A stretch of 63,231 bases of DNA, filler included, from Stramenopiles sp. TOSAG23-2 (Eukaryota): the NCBI GenBank assembly GCA_900128395.1. It is 10 parts of 10 records of this genome, joined end to end, with 100 filler letters (N's around TTAATTAATTAA, not from the genome) between each part and the next. Parts side by side here need not be neighbours in the genome. Positions count along the whole stretch, not along the records: positions 52,857 to 60,279 come from LT650321.1; positions 60,380 to 61,755 come from LT653047.1; positions 61,856 to 63,231 come from LT653048.1; 7 more parts are not named here. One strand, 5' to 3'. A model generated the notes under the pieces. That model saw nothing but the letters and a program-made list of their open reading frames with translations, searched no databases and had not been told where the DNA came from. Below, in pieces: positions 55,885-63,231 of this stretch (position 1 is its first letter; each line of letters opens with the position of its first letter). The position numbers were made by a program, and so were the translations under genes.

Positions 55885-56124
55885 TCATGTGTTAAATCTA
55901 CGCAACCCTGGTGACGTTTTACCGCCAACGGTAAACAACCCTACATGTATTAAAGCCGCAAGAGGAACCAGTCTCGAATACACTCCTCGTTCATATTTTG
56001 TTCGTTTTGTTATTGAAGTCTTGGGCAACTTATTAATTGTATTTGAACTCAATCTTGTGAAATAATATATTGCTGCTACTGCCGTAGCGCAAACCGTGAT
56101 TCCAGCAATGTCTGCTTTATTCAT
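55885..56124 (-). CDS. Small membrane protein, paralog A, 79 aa
   Basis: MNKADIAGITVCATAVAAIYYFT N-terminal anchor homologous to the neighbouring ORF. Confidence 0.65.
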   Translation of the reverse strand: MNKADIAGITVCATAVAAIYYFTRLSSNTINKLPKTSITKRTKYERGVYSRLVPLAALIHVGLFTVGGKTSPGLRRFNT

Positions 56125-56546
56125 TCTTTAATGTTTATACTTGTGTATATTTTTTATCTTTTTGTTATTTTTGTTATGTTTCTTTTTATGTTTCTTTCTT
56201 TTTGCCACCGCGTGTGTAGTATACAATTTTGTCCCATTTGTATCATATGTGTACATATGCATGTTTGGTTTTCTACATAGTACTAGTATTTATACAAATT
56301 TAAAGCAAGAAGTGAAAGACGACAAGTTTTTAGAGGAGTGCTGGGCACCTGGAGTACTACTCTGTTTTGTTGGTGCTCGATTGGCGATTGGCTATCTAAT
56401 TAATTATGATAATCTTACAAGTACAACAATAATAGCATCTGCATTATACGCTGTAACTTTAAACTTTAGATTTTTTAAAATTAGACTATAATAGAACATA
56501 TTTATATATATGTTTAACAAACAGAAAATTTTAAAATATATTTCTA

Positions 56547-56825
56547 CTACCGTCTACGTAACGGTAATCGACTTCTCTCGCCATAATCAAAGTTACGTAA
56601 AAGTGGCCCATAATCACTTTCTTCTTCATCAGCAAGACATGAAGCAAGTAAAACTGTACTAATACCGAGAAGAAACACATAGAAACCAGTATTACTGTTT
56701 CTTGCCTCCTGCCAACTTCTTCTTTTTATTCTTGGTGTATTATTTGCCTTCGTGAAACAATAAATTGCTGCTATACCCGTTGCGCAAACAGTGATTCCAG
56801 CCGCAATGTGTGTTTTATTCATCAT
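56547..56825 (-). CDS. Small membrane protein, paralog B, 92 aa
   Basis: MMNKTHIAAGITVCATGIAAIYCFT; second hydrophobic segment; upstream DNA also duplicated. Confidence 0.65.
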   Translation of the reverse strand: MMNKTHIAAGITVCATGIAAIYCFTKANNTPRIKRRSWQEARNSNTGFYVFLLGISTVLLASCLADEEESDYGPLLRNFDYGERSRLPLRRR

Positions 56826-57303
56826 TCGTTTTAATGTTTTTGCTTGTGTAGATTCTTTATCTTTTTATTACTTTTGATATTAGATTTGCCCACGTGTGTA
56901 TACAATTTTGTCCATTTGTATGCATGTTTTGGTTTTCTATTTTCTAATACTTGAGACGACTAGTAATTGAAAAATGAACTTTATCAGCCAGCAAGCCCAG
57001 GCATATACTGTATATATAGTATGAGCTACTGAAGAAGTGAAAGACAGCTTTTTATTTCAGTAGCTATAATTTATAATATACTAATGCTGTGTTGATGCTA
57101 CGAGTTTTTTTTTAATGATACTCTTACAAGTACACAACCAGCCAACCTTATAAGATTTTACCAGGTAAACAATTTATTAGAAATAGAGAGGATCCTCTCT
57201 AATTAGAAATCAGATCTTCTATATATACATATATCTATTTAACAGGTATATTCATATTTTACGTACGCAAACACAAGAACATGAGCATTCACACATCTTT
57301 TTT

Positions 57304-59880
57304 TTAGAACAATCCAACTTTTTTCTTTGCTTGTTGTTGTTTCCATTTTGCTAAACCTTCAAAAGCTGACTTTTCCATTCCGAAAACTGTTTTAAAGTCT
57401 TCATCACTTAGAAACTTCTCTTTCTGATGAGGTCCAACACCAGGTGGGAGGCTACTTTTCAATTCTTCGTATGAAAAAGTAGTACCGGGTGCTGTTACAG
57501 CAGCTACTTTACCTGATGTATCTGGTGCCTTTGGGGCATCATCGGTATCTTCCACTTCTTCCACTTCTGGGATTTCTTTTGCCCACGATGCTGATTGTGT
57601 CTTTTTCATGGTTTTTTTATTTGCCAATGGATCAACAAAATCTTCATTTTTCTTTACGGACCAACTAGCTTTCGTTTTAAAAGATTTTAATGACTTCAAA
57701 CGTTCAGCATATGGATCATCAAATGTATTAGCTTTTTCTGAATCCCAACCTAAGAAATGGCAGGTAAACATAGGCGGCTCTGATCCAGCTTCAATGCGAA
57801 TTATTGGACATTCTTTATCACGACCATCCTCTGCACTTGCAATGTATTTGGTTGCAACATCTGCAGCCATTTTCTTTTCTACATCATTTGATTCTGTACC
57901 AATCCAGACATATACTGCTGTGTACGTATCAAGAAGCATTACATCATCATCAATTAAATCATCTTGACAAAAGTTATAAATCTCTTCGACATCAAACGCA
58001 CCCGTTTTGTTTGTGCATTGAAACAACCGCGCTTCCGCAATTTGTAAAACAGCATCACCGTCTACTTGAGCATATTCGCCTTTTCCACCAATGAAACCCC
58101 AGAATTCGTCTGTTTCACTTCCTTCAGCAAAAATTTCAAGTTTACGATCGCCTTTTAAAAGTTCGCATATACCATTTGCCGTTTCTTTCTCATCGGCATT
58201 CGAACCATTTCCTTGCCAACAATATACGGTTTTTGGAGATACTAAGATAAAGCAATCGCCGGAAAATAAAGAAGATGCTTTTTCCTCCACTTGAACTGCT
58301 CTCGTGTTTGCTTTTTTCGTTCCTTTGCATTGATAAAGCATGACGCCGTCTGTATCATATGTATCTTTTTCTGTAGAATTTTTAAAACCAGAAGCTAGAC
58401 CACCTGCATGAATAACCATTTTTCCTTGGAACAAGGAACAGAAATGTAATGGTTCCTTCCCTTGTGTGACACGGCATTGTACGGGTCTTCCACCAAGCTT
58501 GTTGTCCATCTCTGTCGTTAATAGTGCACTAGCACCTTTTTCATCTCTTGTAGAGTTTCTACCTTGCCAAAAGTACAACATGTATTCCTCGCGATTTTTT
58601 GGCTTATATGTATACAAGACAATATACGAGTCACCAGAGAAAAATTGGCCAAAAGTATCTTCCGCAACAGCAGCTTTCTCAAAATTCTCAATACGCCACA
58701 TTTCAACTTTACCGGTTCCATCATCAACTGGCAAATCATCTGTTTGTGATTGTATAAGAAGATTTGCAACATCAATTTCTTTTTGCTCTGGAGTTTTTGC
58801 AATTTTCGAATCCCGTTTGAAATCTCCCGGTAAACGAGGTGGGTTCCATTGGAAGAAATATGCTTTAAATTCCGCAGGTTCCCCCATTTCGATGATCGAA
58901 GTCACCTGTGTCCATGCAGGCCTATTATTGTTTGCAATGAAATCTTGAGCTAGCTTTAAGCTTTCCTTCTTCTGCGTTTTTGGGCAACCTTTGCCAACCC
59001 AGAGATACAAATTAGATCCAGTGTCTAATAAGTATGATCCATCCGTGGTGCACATATTTCGTTTTAAATGACCTTTTTCTTTTTCCACTTTCGTGAAATC
59101 TGGCAAACGATATAATTGTAATTCTGCTTTTGCTTTTTTTTCTTCAGCAGCATCACTACCACCATCATCAGCAGATGTAATTGAACCTTTGCCTCCTAAT
59201 GCTTCCCAAAACGTTTCGCTTTCATCATCAGTGCCACTTTCAAGAATTTTCATTTTTGGCTTACCCCCGCGATCGTTTCTTAAACGCGTACAAACTTCTA
59301 AACCCTTTGCTTTTTCCATTCTGTTTGCACCAGATCCGTTCCATTGATATATCATTAAGCCAAGATCCAAGATAAATACATCTCCTTCATTCAATGATTC
59401 GCATTTGCACTCAACTTCCTTAACTCGGACGTTTCTACGGCCTTTAAGATGTAATAGCCTAGTTGGGTATTCTTTGCCTTCAACATGCCTAAAGCCTGCC
59501 TCCATGCCGCCTTCCAAATACATAACACCACCTAAATTTTTAAAGACACTTAAAAATTTATTAGACTCGTGGTCTTGCGTTTCACGAAACTGTGTTGCAA
59601 ATCCACCTAAAGCTCCATCAAGCTCACAGGTTTTATAAGCACATGCGCCCATTTCATCTTGTGTGGTTTCTTTCCCTAGCCAGAAATGAATGTCGTATGA
59701 CAATGTATTAGATCTCGCATTTTTTTTATAAGTGTTTAAAACAATATACGAATCTCCAGTGAAAAATTTACCATAAGTTTCCGCTGGTACTGGTACAGGT
59801 AGTAATTTCTCAATTCTCCATATTTCAAGACCAACTTCTTTTCCAACAGAACTGAATGCAGGATCAATAGCAGTACTCAT
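57304..59880 (-). CDS. Villin (six gelsolin repeats plus headpiece)
   Basis: [61 protein letters not shown]; headpiece [12 protein letters not shown]...KWKQ...KKKVGLF. Confidence 0.97.
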   Translation of the reverse strand: MSTAIDPAFSSVGKEVGLEIWRIEKLLPVPVPAETYGKFFTGDSYIVLNTYKKNARSNTLSYDIHFWLGKETTQDEMGACAYKTCELDGALGGFATQFRETQDHESNKFLSVFKNLGGVMYLEGGMEAGFRHVEGKEYPTRLLHLKGRRNVRVKEVECKCESLNEGDVFILDLGLMIYQWNGSGANRMEKAKGLEVCTRLRNDRGGKPKMKILESGTDDESETFWEALGGKGSITSADDGGSDAAEEKKAKAELQLYRLPDFTKVEKEKGHLKRNMCTTDGSYLLDTGSNLYLWVGKGCPKTQKKESLKLAQDFIANNNRPAWTQVTSIIEMGEPAEFKAYFFQWNPPRLPGDFKRDSKIAKTPEQKEIDVANLLIQSQTDDLPVDDGTGKVEMWRIENFEKAAVAEDTFGQFFSGDSYIVLYTYKPKNREEYMLYFWQGRNSTRDEKGASALLTTEMDNKLGGRPVQCRVTQGKEPLHFCSLFQGKMVIHAGGLASGFKNSTEKDTYDTDGVMLYQCKGTKKANTRAVQVEEKASSLFSGDCFILVSPKTVYCWQGNGSNADEKETANGICELLKGDRKLEIFAEGSETDEFWGFIGGKGEYAQVDGDAVLQIAEARLFQCTNKTGAFDVEEIYNFCQDDLIDDDVMLLDTYTAVYVWIGTESNDVEKKMAADVATKYIASAEDGRDKECPIIRIEAGSEPPMFTCHFLGWDSEKANTFDDPYAERLKSLKSFKTKASWSVKKNEDFVDPLANKKTMKKTQSASWAKEIPEVEEVEDTDDAPKAPDTSGKVAAVTAPGTTFSYEELKSSLPPGVGPHQKEKFLSDEDFKTVFGMEKSAFEGLAKWKQQQAKKKVGLF

Positions 59881-60178
59881 GATTGTTGTATCAAACGAAT
59901 TTGTTGTTATTCTGAAATGTTGTGTCGATATGTGTAATATGTTTATATATCAGTAATTTGTTATATGTCTTCTTTTCTTATATATACATGTATATATATA
60001 ATATATATTATATATCATTTCATTCATTATTAAGATTCATATCTTCTTCAAGTTATAAGTGCAATATTTTGTGATATTATTTAGCATTGAAATAGGCTTA
60101 CTGGCTTACAAAAGCCAACTAGACAACTGCATTTCGCGAATATAAGTTGTATCTTTAATCTGTGGCGCATCTGTGTGG

Positions 60179-60230
60179 CGCATATTTTCCATCAAATTTC
60201 GATAAAATCATCATTTTTGACCTAAATTCT
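60179..60230 (-). repeat. Interspersed repeat copy near contig edge
   Basis: Reverse complement is 46/52 identical to 15133-15184. Confidence 0.8.
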
Positions 60231-60279
60231 TGATTTACATCTACAATCATATGGATTTTTCATTTCATTACATGAATTA

Positions 60280-60379
60280 NNNNNNNNNNNNNNNNNNNNN
60301 NNNNNNNNNNNNNNNNNNNNNNNTTAATTAATTAANNNNNNNNNNNNNNNNNNNNNNNNNNNNNNNNNNNNNNNNNNNN
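60280..60379. other. Artificial contig spacer
   Basis: N44-TTAATTAATTAA-N44. Confidence 0.99.
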
Positions 60380-60822
60380 CTCTCCCAAAAACAGGCGTGG
60401 TCTAATTAGTACAGATTTAGTATACTATAAATATTTGATAGGTAGATCTTGGAAGATAATAAATTCATAAAATCCAAAAATGACCAATGTTTAATTTGGA
60501 TGAAAATATCTAGAATATCCGATTTTTGATCTTATTATCCAATAAATTATTCACTTCTTCTTTTCCACAACAAAATAATAAACATAAATCTAATAAATGT
60601 TGTTGTTTGAATTTTTATTTTTGTTTTTAGTTTTATTAGACGACGTAGTGCCAATAATGGTATATTCCATGTGAAAACAGAAAGAGGTATCTATTTGTTC
60701 TATCTTATAATAATAGAACTTAATAATCTATATATATATATATATATATTGTGTATATCGGTGAATTAAATTATTTGTTTTGTGGAGGTGTTGTAGAAAA
60801 AATAATAATACATTGAAAAAAA

Positions 60823-61755
60823 ATGCGGTCGTATAATAATAATAATAATAATGATACAGAATATTCAACACAATATCAACGTGTTTATAACGATGATATG
60901 TATGGTAGCGCTGATCCTGGCACTGTCGTTACACCCGCTTTAAGGCATGCAAGATTAGCCGCGCTTGATCGGGAAGGTGATATTTTAGATAAAAGCAAAA
61001 CAGAAGGTAGTGCATGGACTGCATTTGCATTTACAGTGAATTTTATTTTTGGTGCTGGTGTCTTATCTATACCTTATAGTGTTGCACATGCTGGTATTGT
61101 TGGAAGTTGTATTTTCATGGCATTTACAGCATTTGTATCTGGTATATCTATGATATGGTTAGTAGAAGTGTGCGGACGTGCTGAAGGTTTGTTACGCAGC
61201 CGGGAGGAAGATCAATTGCGTTCCCCAACATTGAAAACATTTGGTAGCCGAGAAGAGAATCAAGGAGTTTCTGCATTTCGTATCTCAAAAAGACGTTTGG
61301 AAGTCAATGAATTGACACAACTCATTTTAGGAACAATACCAAATTACATATATACAGCTTCAGTGACCTGTTTTTGTGTATCATCCATGTGGTTTTATGG
61401 TGTTATCTTTGCGTTATCATTTACGCAAACGTTGCCACTTCCATTTTACCCCGATACCTATCATATATGGTATCAAGGTAGCACTTGCAATTTTAACAAT
61501 GGATTAAATTCGATTGGTGAGGGTTGCCGGGAGACATATACAATTTATTTAGGATTCTTCATCGTTTTAACAATGTTTGCTGCATGTTTTGATTTAGCAG
61601 ATCAAAAAAAGCTTCAAGCATTTTTTACTATTTTAGCAATGACGTGTATTATGTGCATGTTAATAACATTAGGTGTATCGATTAGCTTACACCCATATGA
61701 AGGGGAACAACCATCTTCACCTTCACATTCAGGGACGAATCATAGTGTTCATCCG
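60823..61755 (+). CDS. Amino-acid transporter (AAAP/Aa_trans, TMEM104-like), 3' truncated
   Basis: AFAFTVNFIFGAGVLSIPYSVAHAG TM1 signature, RLEVNEL, multiple TMs. Confidence 0.88.
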
Positions 61756-61855
61756 NNNNNNNNNNNNNNNNNNNNNNNNNNNNNNNNNNNNNNNNNNNNT
61801 TAATTAATTAANNNNNNNNNNNNNNNNNNNNNNNNNNNNNNNNNNNNNNNNNNNN
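61756..61855. other. Artificial contig spacer
   Basis: N44-TTAATTAATTAA-N44. Confidence 0.99.
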
Positions 61856-62269
61856 AAAGTTGTAGGAAAGTTGGAATTACTACCACACAGCATATGCCCA
61901 ACTTTGCCGAAAAAGTCCCACAACGCCAAAATTGAACTCATCGAACTTTTTCAGGCCAAATGTGACATCAAAGATTGAGTGATATTCCACGTGTATTTTT
62001 ATCATATACCGATTCGCCCCCCCCTATAATTGTTGGCTTGTTGGCAACAATCTCTAAATCGGCAATCCGATCCGGCAATCGGCAATCCTCCGAATATTTA
62101 TTTATTATTTTTTTTTAATATAATATTGCAAAACCAATTCTGTGTAGTGTTAAAATTTTGTGTCTTACACCCGAAGACCGAAGACGTTATTTTTTTTATG
62201 GTTTTTTTTGTTGTTTTTTTTTTTTTGTTGTTGTGTGCTTGTTTGATGAAAATCTATAAAAATATATAT

Positions 62270-62310
62270 NNNNNNNNNNNNNNNNNNNNNNNNNNNNNNN
62301 NNNNNNNNNN
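62270..62310. other. Scaffold gap with overlapping flanks
   Basis: 41 N without linker; AAATCTATAAAAATATATAT occurs on both sides. Confidence 0.9.
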
Positions 62311-62353
62311 AAATCTATAAAAATATATATACTACTACTGGATGGTATTGGCC

Positions 62354-62596
62354 ATAGCTGTATGTGGATAATTCTATACTTTGTTCTCGGAAGTCTTATA
62401 TATCCTCATTCTTTATTTTAATAGCTGTATGTGGATAACTATACTTTGTTCTCGGAAGTCTTGTATATCCTCATTTTTATTTTTTTTTTCATTTTGCTTT
62501 ATAATATATCTAATTTAGTGATTATATTGGATATAGATAATTTCCATTTTTTTTTTATTGCTTTATATATCTAATTTAGTGATTATATTGGATATA
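62354..62596 (+). repeat. Two pairs of short direct repeats upstream of the MFS gene
   Basis: ATAGCTGTATGTGGATAA...GGAAGTCTT..ATATCCTCATT twice; ATATATCTAATTTAGTGATTATATTGGATATA twice. Confidence 0.85.
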
Positions 62597-62664
62597 AACA
62601 TTTTCACATTTTCATTTTTATTCATATATATATATAAAAGAAAAAAAATTGAAAGTACATCATC

Positions 62665-63231
62665 ATGACGACGGTTGAAAATAAAAAAACAACGAGATTG
62701 CAAAAATATATTACCGGCCCAGGTCCAGCATATTCATTAGTGTATTGCGATTTTTTTGGACTAGGATGCATTATACCATTGCTGCCATTTTTTTGTAAAG
62801 ATTTTGATCAACCAGGAGTATGGCTTGGTGGAATTATGACATCCCAAGCTGCTGGTGTTATGGTTGGTACAATTTTAGTAGGCACATTAGCAGATTGTTT
62901 CGGTAGAAAAAATGTTGGTGTTTATTGTATGATTGGTGATGCTATTTTTTTCGCATTAGCTGGATTTATGGAACAACCATTACCTATGTTAATAGTTCGT
63001 TGTATTACTGGGTTATTTTGCCCATTGCCTTGTGGTCTTGCATGGCTTATTGACGTTTCCCCAGATGAAAATGTACGTGCACAACGTATTGGTAAAATAG
63101 GAGCAGCAATTTTAGGTGGAATGTTTAGTGGCATTGTTGTTGCAGGTCTTGTTGGTGAATTTGCTGGATTTACAGCTGCGTTAATGATTCCAGCCGTATT
63201 TGCATTATTAAATGGACTTTTTATTGCATTA
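62665..63231 (+). CDS. MFS transporter (DHA1/TetA-like), 3' truncated; missed by the ORF track
   Basis: Manual translation MTTVENKK...CDFFGLGCIIPLLPF...GTLADCFGRK (motif A)...LIVRCITG...IDVSPDENVRAQRIG. Confidence 0.9.
   Translation, partial: MTTVENKKTTRLQKYITGPGPAYSLVYCDFFGLGCIIPLLPFFCKDFDQPGVWLGGIMTSQAAGVMVGTILVGTLADCFGRKNVGVYCMIGDAIFFALAGFMEQPLPMLIVRCITGLFCPLPCGLAWLIDVSPDENVRAQRIGKIGAAILGGMFSGIVVAGLVGEFAGFTAALMIPAVFALLNGLFIAL

Noticed and set aside
57608-59638. Short antisense ORFs inside villin (and likewise inside other long genes)
   Set aside because: Shadow frames of well-supported genes with no independent motifs
7475-61855. TTAATTAATTAA motif recurring about every 7.5 kb
   Set aside because: Artificial six-frame-stop linker inside N spacers; the periodicity only reflects similar contig lengths

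Overview
This window is not one locus. It is 10 separate contigs (lengths 7474, 7458, 7458, 7448, 7446, 7436, 7436, 7423, 1376 and 1376 bp) joined by artificial 100-bp spacers (N44-TTAATTAATTAA-N44), so neighbourhood across spacers means nothing. The DNA is from an AT-rich, gene-dense, intron-poor microbial eukaryote using the standard genetic code. It has short GT-AG introns with an ACTAAC branch point, and the gene repertoire suggests a heterotrophic protist, possibly a stramenopile (inference). Recognisable genes are a RuvC-like resolvase with a mitochondrial-type leader, a CaiB/BaiF CoA-transferase, NAAA/acid ceramidase, Kdo transferase, a mitochondrial carrier fragment, a giant class I-type PI3-kinase, a giant IPT/TIG multi-pass membrane protein, a Tudor/TFIIS-N protein, a MATE transporter, a tetraspanin, a 4-exon NACHT-ankyrin (NLR-like) protein, XRCC4, a Kelch/TIG protein, a DDX10/Dbp4 fragment, a tandem Dabb protein, villin, an amino-acid transporter and an MFS transporter. 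Three things stand out. (1) The PI3K is fused to 4 SH3 domains and 3 cyclic-nucleotide-binding domains, a candidate cNMP-gated PIP3 generator. (2) The NLR-like receptor has at least 12 near-identical ankyrin repeats that vary mainly at binding-face positions. (3) Contig 1 is an island of orphan ORFs with two long hairpins, dispersed and periodic repeats, a transglutaminase-like triad protein and decayed ORFs, and may be a virus- or mobile-element-derived region. Several local duplications and one frameshift may be assembly or whole-genome-amplification artefacts. All domain calls are by-eye motif recognition; no searches were run.
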